This document shows, in pieces, positions 1-11,885 of a stretch of DNA of 32,409 nt (position 1 is the stretch's first letter; the number at the start of each line of letters is the position of its first letter). The DNA lies in assembly GCF_963921235.1 (NCBI RefSeq), contig NC_086106.1:26815592-26848000 (forward strand), given 5' to 3'. The position numbers and the translations under genes were made by a program. Below the pieces are notes generated by a model. The model was given only the letters and a program-made list of their open reading frames with translations, was not told where the DNA came from and ran no database searches. This DNA is from Mobula hypostoma. Lineage: Eukaryota.

Positions 1-393
1 TTACTGAGGCAGAGGTTCTGCTTCAGTTGTTAAAATGGAAGGAAGAGCAAAGGCAGGATGAATTGAAATTAAAACAGCTCGAGAGAGAGGCTAGAGAGGC
101 CGACAAACGGAGAGAAAAGGCAGCAAAACAAGAAGAAGAGGCAGAGAAGCAGAGAGAGTTTGAGAGGGAGATGTGGCAAATGGGAGGTCCCATATTGGAT
201 CCTGCTGATTTTTACAGCTCGGAATGGCTTGTTTTGATTGATGAATTTAAGAGTTGTTTCCCCGATGATGTAAGGGCATACCTAGATGCAGAGGATGCCG
301 CCACCCGGCAGGGTCTGCTAAGACAGCAGACGAGGTTGTTTTAACCCACGAGGTTGAGTTTATCGAGATGAGAGTTTCCCACGGAGTAGCTGG

Positions 394-1251
394 TGTTACG
401 TACCCCGTAACTGGGTTGCCAAACCAGCAGAAATGGATCACTCAGTTGGAGTCTGGAGTACTAGAACTAAGAAAGTTTTATTAAAGAAACAAGCAACAGA
501 GTAATCGAAAGGATAATAAATGCAACAGTTCAGCAGTGATAGTCACACATGTGCACAGAATTAAGATCACAGCATCAATCAAGCTCTATCGTTGTCTAGG
601 GGTAAATGACCAAATTTCAAAGTGACTCAAAGTTCAGTCCAGTTTCGTAGCTCAGTTCGCAGTAATCGTTGCCCTGGCGATGGACAACGTGGGGGAAGAG
701 AGAGATAGAACAGGAACAACTGATCATTCAGAATGGCTTCACTCACAGACCGGCGAGATGGCTCGCAAGCAACTTTTGGGCGGGTCCTTGGGGATGTCAC
801 CTGAGGTCACCGACTGTGACCCCTCCTCCAGATGCGGTCGATCCTCTGCAGTGAACCCGGCACCCAGGCAAGGGCGGACACACACCGGGTTCCCGCTGAT
901 CGTACCTTTCCACCCTGGCCGTTGTCTGATACTTCTCACCCACTCGTGAGAGGCGCACCGCTTCCAGGGTCTCGTTACCTCGGGTGGCGTGTGTCGCCTT
1001 AGCAAACCGGTCCCTTTTTATCCCCCTGCAGGGGTATCGCCTGTCCATCACTTCAAACAGTTCAGGGTTCAAAGGGGGGAGCCGCTCCAGACAGCTCTCT
1101 CTCCCACGTCCCTTCATTACACATCTCCAGACGCTGCTCCATTGTTCCTTATCTTTCCTTCCCCTGAGGGCAGGTGGCAGACCACTTGCTGATGTCACTG
1201 ATGCTAACCCAGGCCAGCAAACATCTTAATTTTATGTGTATTCTCGTCACA
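394..1251 (-). mobile_element. Solo LTR (858 bp) inserted into the gag region of the Gypsy relic
   Basis: Ends are TGTTACG...CGTCACA (TG..CA with an imperfect terminal inverted repeat). 4-bp target-site duplication CTGG at 390-393 and 1252-1255. TTTATT near the left end (AATAAA on the minus strand) suggests minus orientation. Confidence 0.85.
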
Positions 1252-2249
1252 CTGGGTAGATCAACGTAACCTTCAGTTTGAAACTGGGACAAGTGATGAA
1301 AGCCTAGAAGGGGCAACTCCCTGATTGCCTGTGTTTAGGTTGTTGAAGTACCTGTGGATTCACAGAATAGTGAACCTCGTACTGCAGCTCAGTTAAGGTC
1401 TGATGTGTCTGACTCGGTTGGAAAGGAAAGCAGTTCTTTTGTGTCAGATGGACTTGGTTCCGTGAATAAGGGGTTAACCATAGTATCAGTGGAAATTGAG
1501 GATTCTCAGTCACGTGAATTAGACAGTGTTCTAAAAGTTAGTGATGAGATGAAAATTGTGTGGCCAATGTTACTGAAGATATTGAGAAAAGTGTTGTTTC
1601 TGGACTTTTGAATAAAGTACTGGGGAAGTTTGGATTGGTCTCGCGACCTTTGACCTTGTTTTCAGGACAATGGCCTGCTAAAGAAGTATGTGCCACTCCG
1701 TTGAATTTTGTTTTAATATTTGGATGTAAACACCTTCAAGGTTATGGAGTTGCTTTTCACGATTGTTATGTGGAGAAGAAGGATTGTTTTCGTTTGAGAG
1801 GCCGTCTAAAGGAGACAGATCGAGCTGAACTTATAGAAATAAAATGAATGGATTGTCTGGTATTTTTCACAATATACACGTGGTTTTCGTAAGTCTGCTG
1901 ATAGTGTTGATTTAGTAAACGCTGGGGCGAGGTTGACATCTAACCAGGGTGATGCTTATTCAGCAGTTCAGCTAACGAGCAACGCTGCTGCTAATGACCC
2001 ACACATGGAGAGTTATGTTTACTCTGCAGCGTCGTCACAAGGAGCATGTCTAAAAACTCTACTGATGCTCATGATGACTTATCAGAGACTTTCTTACCTT
2101 CCCTATTCCAGCAGGACTTAGAGGAGAGTAAGGTGGATGAGAAAGCTTTGTCCTTGTCCGGAAAGAAAATTATAGAGGAACAGAACCGAGGTCCTGAAAT
2201 TGTAGCTTTAAAGGAGACAGCTTTCGCAGAAGAGGAGGTTCAGAGAGAG

Positions 2250-3220
2250 TCAGTAGGATACTACCTTAAGGATGGGGTGTTAATGAGGAAATGGAGACCA
2301 CCTACTGTGCCTGCAAGTGAGGATTGGGCTATTGCACACTCGGCAGTTTTTCCGAAAATTTAAAGGGCTGAGATTTTAAACATGGCCCATGATAACCCTT
2401 CAGGTGGACATTTTGGAGTGAGAAAGACAGTGAAAAGGATCATAAAAGTATTCTACTGGCCTAATTTAAGAAACGATGTTGTGAATTTTTGCAGGACTTG
2501 CCATACTTGCCAGGGTGTGGGGAACCCTAATCAAGTTATTCAAGTAGCATCACCTAAACCGATACATGCTTTTGGTGAATCTTTTTCTAGGGACATAGTG
2601 GATTGTGTTGGCCCATGGCCAAAGACTGCAGCCGGTCATCAGTACTTGTTAACAATTATGTGTGCTGCGACTAGGTTCGCTGAAGAAGTGCCTCTCAGAA
2701 ACATGCAGGTCAAGACTGTGGTAAAAGCACTCATCAAGTTCCTCACACTGGTAAGTCGCCCAAAGAAATTCAATCTGACCAGGGTAGTAATTTTACTTCG
2801 AGAACATTTCAGGGGATAGCTGGAGAACTGGGAGATAAGCACATTGTGTCATCTGCATATCACCCAGAGTCCAAGGGAGCCTTGGAGCGGTTCCACGCCA
2901 CTTTGATTAAAACATATTGTGCGTAAAATGGGCGAAAAAGCTGGGATGGGAGGTTCCCCTACTCTTATTTGCTGTTAGAGACTCAGTTCAAGGAACATTG
3001 GAGTGTAGTCCGTTTGAGCTCGTTTTCGGTCACAGGCCCAGAGGACCTTTGGCCCTACTCTGAGAACAGTGGTCCGATCCGAAAGTATGTGTCAGTGTGT
3101 CGGATTACGTTTTGAAATTTCAATAACGGCTTAACAAGGTTTGTGACTTTGCAAAGCAGAATTTGCAAAACTCCCAAATTAAAATGGAGCATTGGTTTGA
3201 TAGGATAGCACCTGTGAGTA
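2250..3220 (+). pseudogene. Retroviral-type integrase pseudogene (HHCC zinc finger plus rve core)
   Basis: ORFs 2046-2363 and 2382-2819 carry the HHCC motif and the first catalytic Asp (IVDCVGP). They are broken by an in-frame stop at 2361-2363 and by later frameshifts. Confidence 0.9.
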
Positions 3221-4966
3221 CTGTTAAGAAAAGCGTCCATTTTTCCTCACCCAATTTTGTTACCTGATATCTTCCTTTTCCTTTGACTTTGTGACAAAAC
3301 TTCCCTAGTTCTCGGGATGAAGGAACTGAAAATCACCCCCTTGATAGGACCTGTTCCCATCTTCTTGGAACAGTTGCTCTATCCTCCAGTCTCCCAAATC
3401 AGGGCTGTCATGTACATCAATTTATTATGCGCCGATGGTGACAGCATTCCTGTCCCCACACCCCACTAATTGCAGCTGGTTGATATGGTACCACTTTTAT
3501 CTGGAGTTGTCAGTATTTTGTACACTGAAGGAATTGCTTTGTCTATAATTTCAGAGGGCCCTGCAAACCTTGGATTTAAAAATGAGGTGGGTTGGTATAT
3601 TCTAATCATCACTCTTTGTCCTGGGCTTAATTATATGGGACTAATTTATGAGTCAGAGTAGCTTTTACTCTGTTGCTTTTTGTTTCCTATTTGTTGGGCT
3701 GCCACATAAGTGGCCTCTTTCACTGTCTCTACCTATTGTTGTACCTACTTTTGTGACACAATCCCGTCGATTTTGGGTTTTGACAAATCTAATCCTAACA
3801 ACTCCTCTACACCTCCCATGTCTCTTCCTGTCATGTCTTTATAAAGGGTGTAACCAGTTGCAGATGCCACGGTATTCCTTATTATCATCAAGGCATAAGG
3901 CAAAACTACTTGCTATGTTGTTCCATGTTGTTGCACTATTTTTGCCATCGTATTTTTCATTGGGTCACCTTCTTAACGGTCATTGCACAGGTCTGCAACC
4001 AACATTTAATCCTTCAACTCTGACTGCTTCAACCCAGTTAAATGACGTAACTCAGACAGAATTTAATGAGATTACTGATTGCTTCTTTGGTAGGTCTGGC
4101 ATTTTACATAATAAGTAGCTACTCCTCCGAAAATAGTCTCAGATGTATTGTTCTGATTAGATTTTCCCACGGTCAAGAAGCAGTTCGGAATCCACACCCT
4201 TTATATATCAAATAGCTACTTGTTTGAAAAATGGTCTCAGATTTAGCAGATCATTACCCGAAGCTTCCTGTGTCCACGTTCAATTGTTCTGATTAAATTA
4301 TCTGACAGTAAGAATCAGTTCAGAGTCTCCATAAGGAGGGAAACAAAGAGAACTACATTTCCTGCTGCTCTTGTCCTTGACTAAACTGTAACTTCTTCTG
4401 CCCAGATGCAGGGTTCCGTTGTTTTAGATGTGGGGAGCATTAAAGGAGGAAGGGTGGCATTACTGGACCGGGTAAATGTCCTGGCAGTACTCAGTGAAGA
4501 CAGAATGGAGAACTCAGCTAATGAGGCGTTATGTGGAGAGCTGAGGAATGGAAAAAATAACACCGCATTAATAGGGATATAATATACACCACCGAATTTC
4601 CGTGGGACTTAGAAGTACAAATCTGCAGAAAAATCGCAGTCTTTTGCATGAAACATAAGGTTGCCACAGAAGGCAATTTTAACTTTCCACATACTGACTG
4701 GAACTCTCATACTGTAAATGGACTGGATAGGATAGAGTTTGTCAAATATGTTCAAGGAAGTTTCCTTAATCAGTGGGTAGAAGTCCCACAATATGAGTAT
4801 ATGATAATTGATCTGCTATGAGGGAATGAGACTGGGCAGGTCACAGAATTTTCTGAAGGGGAACACTTTTCAGCTTGTGATCTGGCAAACGTGGATTGGG
4901 ACAGGAACACACATCAAAGTTGCTGGTGAACGCAGCAGGCCAGCCAGCATCTCTAGGAAGAGGTAC

Positions 4967-5002
4967 AGTCAACGTTTCAGGCCGAGACTCTTCGTCAGGA
5001 CT
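4967..5002 (-). ncRNA. Minimal type I hammerhead ribozyme motif (mutated copy) in the Penelope terminal repeat
   Basis: The minus strand reads AGTC-CTGACGA-AGAGTCTCGGCCT-GAAA-CGTT-GACT. The core is intact; helix II has one mismatch and the cleavage triplet is GUU. Confidence 0.75.
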
Positions 5003-6287
5003 AACTGAAGGAAGAGTTAGTAAGATACTTGAAAGTAGGAGGGAGAGGGGGAGATCCAAAATGATAGGAGAAGACAGGAGAGGGAGGGATGGAGCCAAGA
5101 GCTGGGCAGGTGATTGGCAAAGGGGATATGAGAGGATCATGGGACAGGAGGCCCAAGGAGAAAGACAAGGGGGGGGGGGACCCAGAGGATGGGCAATGGG
5201 TATAGTCAAAGGGACAGAGGGAGAAAAAGGAGAGTGAGAGAAAGAATGTGTGTATAAAATTAAATAACGGATGGGGTACGAGGGGGAGGTGGGGCACTAC
5301 CGGAAGTTAGGGAAGTCAATGTTCATGCCTTCAGGTTGGAGGCTACCCAGACGGAATATAAGATGTTGTTCCTCCAACCTGAGTGTGCTTCATCTTTACA
5401 GTAGAGGAGGCCGTGGATAGACGTGTCAGAATGGGAATGGGATGTGGAATTAAAATGTGTGGCCACCGAGAGATCCTGCTTTCTCTGGCGGACGGACCGT
5501 AGGTGTTCAGGAAAGCCGTCTCCCAGTGCGTCGGGTCTCGCCAATATACAGAAGGCCACATCGGGAGCACCGGACGCAGTATATCACCCCAGTCGACTCA
5601 CAGCTGAAGTGTCGCTTCACCTGGATGGACTGTCTGGGGCCCTGAATGGGGGTAAGGGAGGAAGCGTAAGGGCATGTGTAGCACTTGTTCCGCTTACAAG
5701 GTTAAGTGCCAGGAGGGAGATCAGTAGGGAGGGATGCGGGGGGGGGGGGACGACGACGAATGGGCAAGGGAGTCGCGTAGGAAGCGATCGCTGCGGATAG
5801 CAGAGAGGGGCGGAGGGAGGGACAGATGTGCTTAGTGGTAGGATCCCGTTGGAGGTGGCGGAAGTTACGGAGGATAATATGTTGGACCCGGAGGCTGGTG
5901 GGTTGGTAGGTGAGATTGGAGGAACAACACCTTATATTCCGTCTGGGTAGCCTCCAACCTGATGGAATGAACAATAGCATCTCTAACTTCCGCTAATGCC
6001 CCACCTCCCCCTCGTACCCCATCCGTTATTTATTTTTATACACACATTATTCCTCTCACTCTCCTTTTTCTCCCTCTGTCCCTTTGACTATACCCCTTGC
6101 CCATCCTCTGGGTTCCCCCGACTTGTCTTTCTGCCTGGGCCTCCTGTCCCATGATCCTCTCATATCCCCTTTGCCAATCACCTGTCCAGCTCTTAGCTCC
6201 ATCCCTCCACCTCCTGTCTTCTCCTATCAGTTTGGATATCCCCTCCCCCTCGCACTTTCAAATCTCTTACTAACTCTTCCTTCAGTT

Positions 6288-6323
6288 AGTCCTGACGAAG
6301 GGTCTCGGCCTGAAACTTGAACT
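6288..6323 (+). ncRNA. Minimal type I hammerhead ribozyme motif (probably inactive copy)
   Basis: AGTC-CTGACGA-AGGGTCTCGGCCT-GAAA-CTTG-AACT. The core boxes are present but the cleavage triplet and the 3' strand of helix I are mutated. Confidence 0.65.
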
Positions 6324-6587
6324 GTACCTCTTCTTAGAGATTCTGCCTGGCCTGCTGCGTTCACCAGCAACTTTGATGTGTGTTGCTTGAATTTCCAGCA
6401 TTTGCAGAATTCCTGTTGCTTGTCCATTGGGACAGGCTGATTTTGGTAAGTGGGAGGGCTTTCAAAAATGATATTATGAGAGTGAAAAGCTTCTATATCC
6501 TTAACAGAACAAACACTAAAGATTAGGAAACTTTGGTTTTCAAGAGATATTGACGCCCTGTTTAAGAAAAAAAAAAGAAGACAAGTA

Positions 6588-6611
6588 TAGGTAGGTAGGT
6601 AGGTAGGTAGG
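6588..6611. repeat. (TAGG)6 microsatellite inside the CR1 element
   Basis: Six perfect TAGG units read directly. Confidence 0.95.
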
Positions 6612-9600
6612 TGGCACTTACAGAGTATAAAAAATGCAGGAAAATACTTAAGAAAGAATACACGAGGGCTAAAAGGAAGTATGAGTTTGCCATAGCGGAA
6701 GACTCCTGCACTATTCTACAGATATGTTAAAGGGTAAAGGATTGCAAGGGGATGAATTGGTCCTCTGGAAGATCAGAATGGCAATAATACCTGTGCGTTG
6801 CTAGAAAAGATGGGAGAGGTCTGAAATGAACATTTACATCTGCATTTACTGAGGAGACGGACACAGAGGCAAAGCGGCATCAGCTTCATAGACTATTTTT
6901 GATTACAGAGGAGCAGGTGTTTGCTGTCCTAAGGCAAAGCAGGTGGATAAATCCCAGGCCCTGACAAGGCTTTCCCTCGGACCCGGAAAGAAGCAAATGC
7001 AGAAATTGCAGGAACCACCGGCAGAGATATTTAAATCATCCTTAGTGACAGGTGAGGTACCAAAGGATTGGAGGCGAGCTAATGTTGCTCCGCTGTTCAA
7101 GAAAGGCTCTAAACATAAACCAGGAAATTATAGGCCCGTGAGTCTGTAATCAGTAGTAGGGAAGTTACTGCAAAGTATTCTAAGGGACTAAATATATATT
7201 TGAATAGACGTTGACTGTTTAAGGATAGTAGCATGGCCTTGCGCGGGGTAGGTCATGTCTAACCAATCTTACAGTGTTCTTCGAGGAAGGTTCCAGAAAT
7301 GTGGAGGAAGTTAAGGTAATGGATATCGTCTACATGGATTTTAGCAAAACATTTGACAAGGTCCCACATGGGAGCTTGGTCAAGAAGCTTCAGTTGCTTG
7401 AGATTCAAGATGAGGTAATAAATTGGATTAGACAATGTCTTTGTGGGGGAAGTCATAGTGCGGTAGTATATAGATGCATCTATGTCTGGAGGCCTTTGAC
7501 TAGTGAAGTGTCACAGCGATCTGTGCTCGGTCTATTGTTGTCTGTCATCTTTACCAATGATCTGGATGATAAATGGTTAAGTGGATCGGCAAATTTGGGT
7601 GTAGTGCACACAGAGAAAGGTCATCATAGGTTGTAGCGAAAATGGACAGAAAAATGGTGTGGTGGAATTTAAAGCAGACAAATGCGAGGAGTTTACTTCA
7701 GTCGGACTAGTCAGGGTAGGTCTTACACAGTGAACGGTGGGGCACTGAGGAGTGCGGTAGGACAAAGGGATCTGGTAACACAAGTACATAATGCACTGAA
7801 AGTAGCGTCACATTAGATAGGGCCGCAGAAAAATCCTTCGACACATTGGCCTTCATAAATCAAAGTGTTGAGTGCAGAATATGCGATGATATGTTGAAGT
7901 TGTATAAGGCATTGTTGAGATATAATTTGGAGTATTGTGTGCAGTTTTCGTCACCTGCATTGTTCGTCACATGCCAGGAACCATGCTGACAATGCTGAAA
8001 ATGTGCAGAGAAAATATATAATGTGGACCGGAGTTATAAGAAAGTATTGAATAGGTTAGGACGTTACTCCTTGGAATGTGTACTAAATTCACGGGGGTGG
8101 AGATAGGGTAAATTCAAGCAGCCACTTTCCACTGGGGTTAACTGGGAATACAACCAGAGATCATGGGATAAGGGTAAAGGTGTCAAGTTTAAGGGGAACA
8201 TGTGGGGAATATTCATCACGCAGAGGTGCATGAGAATGCGGAATGAGCTGCCTGCACACGTGGGGCATGCGAGCTTCATTTGAACGTTTAAGTGAAGTTT
8301 GGATAGGTAATGGATGGTAGGAAAATGGATGGATATGGTCCCAGTGCAGGTCGATGGGAGTAGGCAGTTTAAAAGGTTTCTGCATGGACTAGATGGGCCG
8401 AACGGCCTGGTTCTCTGCCGTACTGTTCTATGGCTATGACTATAACCCTCTCGCTGATGAAATTCCTACTCACTCCCATTCTAAATAGACGTCTCCCTAC
8501 TCTGAGGCGGTGCCCTCTCGTTCTAGACTCTCCTACCATAGACAGCATACTCTCCACGTCCACTCTTTCTTGGCCATTCAGCATTCTATAGGTTTCAACG
8601 AGATACCCCTTCATCCTTCTAAATTCCAGCGAGTGAAAACCTGGAGCCATCAATCATTTATCATACGAAAAGCCTTTCAATTCCGAATCATTCTTGTGAA
8701 CTTCCTCTGAATCCTCTCCAATGTCAGCACATAGTTTGTTAGATAAGGGGCCCAGTAATGCACGCGATACTCCAAGTGTGGTGTGACCAATGCTTTATAA
8801 AGCATTCCTTGCTTTTATATCCTAGTGTCATGAGGGGGCGTTGGAAGGGGACCCAAAAGCAAGACACAGACACTGAAGTTTTAGGAACAGGACAAGGTTT
8901 ATCAAGAAAGCAAGGGGAGTCAGGAAGAAACGACGCTGGAGATGGACACAGGCCCTAGACGAGACAAGGACACCGGGCCTGGGCTAGGACTAAGACTCAG
9001 AAAGCAGGACCAGGACAAGGAACTTGGAACTTGGAACCTGGTCTAGGACACCGAGCCAGAGACTGGACAGGAGCTCGGAACTTGGGTCTTGACTTGGGCT
9101 CGGACCCCGGATCTAGGCGAGGGCGAGACGTGGCTGCAGACTGGATGTGGCTAGGCTACAGGACTGACGTGGTTAGGCTCCAGAACTGACGTGGTTAGGC
9201 TACATGACTGGACGTGGAACTCCTTCACAGGACGAGACACATGGACAAGATGAAAAGGCAAAGACATAACTTAGACAGGACGAGGTCCTTGGACGTGGCT
9301 TGTGCAGGACGAAGTTCTTGAACGTGGCTTGGACAGCACGAGAGACTCCTGGACAGGACGAGGAATCTCCAGCACTGGGCTGGGCGAAGCACTCCTGGGC
9401 TGGGCGAGGAATCTCCAGCACAGGACGTGGCTCTTGAACTAGATTTGTCTCGGATCTTGGACTCGGCTTGGTTAGGCTCTTGGGTACGGAGCCGGGATTC
9501 CTCCTTAGAGCGCAGGGCCGGGACCCATCTTAGGAAGCAGGGCTGGGAAGCTTTCTAGGACGCAGGGCCGGGACGCTTTCTAGGACGCAAGGCCGGGATG

Positions 9601-9636
9601 ACTGCCGATATAAACTGCCAAGGTAAACTGCGGAGG

Positions 9637-10390
9637 AACACACATCAAAGTTGCTGGTGTACGCAGCAGGCCAGGCAGCATCTCTAAGAAGAGGTACAGT
9701 CGACGTTTCGGGTCTTCTATATGTTGGCGAGACCCGACGCAGACTGCGAGATAGTTTTGCTGAACACCCACGCTCTGTCCGCCAGAGAAAGCAGGATCTC
9801 CCAGGGGCCACACATTTTAATTCCACCTCAAATTCCCATTCAGATATGTCTATCCATGGCCTCCTCTACTGTAAAGATGAAGCCACACTCAGGTTGGAGG
9901 AACAACACCTGATGTTCCGTCTGTGTAGCCTCCAACCTGATGGCATGAACATTGACTTCTCAAACTTCCGCTAATGCCCCACCTCCCCCTCGTACCCCAT
10001 CCGTTATTTATTTGTATACACACATTATTTCTCTCTCTGTCCCTCTCACTATACCCCTTGCCCATCCTCTGGGTTTTTCCCCACACTCGCCCTTCTCTTT
10101 CTCCCTGGGCCTTCTGTCCCATGATCCTCTCATATCACTTTTGCCAATCAACTGTCCAGCTCTTCGCTCCCCCTCCTGTCTTCTCCCATCATTTTGGATC
10201 TCCCTTCCCCCTCCCACGTTCAAATCTCCTGCTAGCTCTTCTTTTGGTTAGTCCTGACGAAGGGTCTCGGCCCGAAACGTCGACTGTACCTCTTCCTAGA
10301 GATGCTGCCTGGCCTGCTGCGTACACCAGCAACTCTGATGTGTGTTGCTTGAATTTCCAGCATCTGCAGAATTTCTCGTGTTTGCGTTTT
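9637..10390 (+). mobile_element. Short Penelope-like element (inverted ~75-bp 5' arm plus ~680-bp forward 3' fragment)
   Basis: GIY-YIG fragment LYVGETRRRLRDSFAEHPRSVRQ...LEEQHLMFRLCSLQPDGMNIDFSNFR (to 9974). Inverted arm at 9637-~9713. 13-bp TSD with one mismatch: TAAACTGCGGAGG 9624-9636 and TAAACCGCGGAGG 10391-10403. Confidence 0.9.
10250..10285 (+). ncRNA. Minimal type I hammerhead ribozyme motif (intact consensus)
   Basis: AGTC-CTGACGA-A-GGG-TCTCGG-CCC-GAAA-C-GTC-GACT. Helix I is AGTC/GACT, the CUGANGA and GAAA boxes are present, helix II is GGG/CCC, helix III is a palindromic stub (ACGT), and the GUC triplet predicts cleavage after C10281. Confidence 0.85.
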
Positions 10391-11714
10391 TAAACCGCGG
10401 AGGATTTGGATGGGGCTGATCCAGCACAGGGCGAGGAATCTCCAGCACAGGGCTGGAACACGACGCATGGACTTGGTCTTGGGGCACAGGAACACGGAAC
10501 CTTGGATTTGAGCAGAGGAACAGGGAACACAGAGTCAGGACCCCTCCTTGGGAAGCACAAGACGTAGGGCCGGGACTCGTACACCGAACAAGGACACTAA
10601 ACACGGGGACACAAAGAGACAGTTCCAAACTTAAAGATAGATAGTTACTTCTCTTGGCATGGCAAGGTTCTGGTCTCACTCCGGCGGTTGAACTTGACGA
10701 GGTTTCAGGCGGAAGGGGATGGGAAGGGAACAGTCCACCAAGCAATCCCTGGTTTACATAGGCATTTATGTGCCAGTCGGTAATGAGAATCAGGTGTCTC
10801 AATTAAGGCACCCAACAGAACAAGGGAGAAAACAGGAACTCCCGGAACAAGGGTCGATAGACCGGACCGTGAACAGGAATGCTGATTCACGGACCGGACC
10901 ATGACAGCTAGTCCCCTCGATATGAATGCTAACATTGAATTTGCCCCCTCACCTCTGAATCAACCTACCAGTTGAGCTTTACGGCACCGTGCACGAAGAC
11001 TTCCATGTCCGTTTCCATACCAGATTTTTGAATTTTCTTCCCAATTAGAAAGTGCATGCCATACACTTCCCGACTCTGTATTGCATTTACCACCTGTATG
11101 CTCATTCTCCAAATATGTCTCAGTCCTCCTGTAGTCTTTCTGCTTTCTCAACACTAGCTGTCCTCCAGCTACCTTTGTATCATCAGCAATACTGGCTTCG
11201 CTCTTTCCTAGCGGCTTGTTGGCCTGGCGTTTATTGGTTTTCCATGATCCTACAAGCTCACCAGTGGGAGGTGGTGCTTTAGCACTGCTGGCCCACCACC
11301 TCGAGGGAGTCTTGATCATAAGCGTGTCGAAACTCCCGAAGACTGGTGGCAGATTAACTGATGATCCCATTGGTGATAGCACAGGACAGTTACTACCTCA
11401 GTCCATGTGAATTTTCAATTCTAATTCAAAGTCGCGGGGAACGTTTCTCACCATCACACATACACACTTAAGTCCATAAACGTACCTTTCTGCTAATACT
11501 GAGTTAGAACACCCAGGTTTCACAGACAGTGTGTTGGTGTCATTTCTTTTGACCTGTTCTGTGCTACAACACCCGCTCACCTCCCTACAGCATCTTATGT
11601 AGTCAGGGGAGCGGGTGGCGAGGGACTGCAGACACCTCACCCACATCCCCCACCTCTGTCCCGCAGCGACTGAGTCTCAGGACTGGCTGTCCGTCTGCAT
11701 GCAGTCCCTCCATT

Positions 11715-11885
11715 ATCTTCTCCAACTTCCCTGCTCACTCGACCCAATCCCCTCCCTCTCAATTTCTCCCTCCCTTAATACTCCTCCAGTCCCGTCTTCC
11801 GTCACTATCTTCCACTCTCCACACTTCCTCCACTACTTTCCATTAACTCCTTGCCGTCCAGCTGTCCCCTCCGTTCTTCTACACC
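11715..11885 (+). repeat. Pyrimidine-rich low-complexity tract
   Basis: CT-rich composition seen directly. Confidence 0.7.

Larger units (their letters stand above)
1..3240 (+). mobile_element. Decayed Ty3/Gypsy LTR retrotransposon internal region (Gmr1-like, gag-protease-integrase order), interrupted by a solo LTR at 394-1251; begins outside the window
   Basis: Glu/Arg-rich gag-like ORF at 27-344. Degenerate protease-like stretch at about 1430-1700 (FVSDGLGSVNKG...VEIEDSQS). Integrase N-terminal region YYLKDGVLMRKWRPP, HHCC zinc finger (AHDNPSGGHFGVRKT...FYWP...CRTCHTCQ) and core (IVDCVGPWPKT..GHQYLLTIMCAATRF) at 2250-3220, with stops and frameshifts. Right boundary approximate. Confidence 0.85.
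4906..6425. mobile_element. Penelope-like element with inverted-arm structure (minus arm 4906-~5914, plus arm ~5915-6425)
   Basis: GIY-YIG-region peptides on both arms (LTYQPTSLRVQHIILRNFRHLQRDPTTKH; EHLRSVRQRKQDLSVATHFNSTSHSHSD). The arms share about 470 bp in inverted orientation. 11-bp TSD ATTGGGACAGG at 4895-4905 and 6426-6436. Confidence 0.9.
4400..8443 (+). mobile_element. Decayed CR1 LINE (ORF2 endonuclease and RT to 3' end), split by a Penelope insertion at 4906-6425
   Basis: Endonuclease-like region at 4400-4890. RT motifs VPKDWRRANVAPLFKKGSKHKPGNYRPVSL (6943-7149) and DIVYMDFSKTFDKVPHG, QRSVLGLLL (7274-7636). CR1-type 3' UTR near 8390-8443. Many stops. Confidence 0.9.
8826..10906. 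mobile_element. Solo-LTR-like element (about 1.3 kb without the insert) carrying a Penelope insertion
   Basis: 7-bp perfect terminal inverted repeat TGTCATG...CATGACA. 5-bp TSD with one mismatch (CCTAG 8821-8825, GCTAG 10907-10911). Internal tandem subrepeats. Homologous to 13440-14525. Confidence 0.85.
8445..11200 (-). mobile_element. CR1 LINE 3' fragment, interrupted by the LTR element at 8826-10906
   Basis: Minus ORF 8369-8653 gives GFHSLEFRRMKGYLVETYRMLNGQERVDVESM...SRTRGHRLRV (CR1 ORF2 C-terminus). The sequence resumes collinearly after 10911 (ttgcttttatatcctag | tcccctcgatatgaatgctaacattg). Right boundary approximate. Confidence 0.8.

Noticed and set aside
3240-4400. Possible additional LINE remnant
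   Set aside because: It looks like old repeat-derived sequence, but I found no diagnostic motif, so it is left unannotated.
9100-9620. Short reiterated units that could suggest a CRISPR-like array
   Set aside because: These are irregular tandem subrepeats inside a vertebrate LTR, with no constant repeat and unique spacer pattern.
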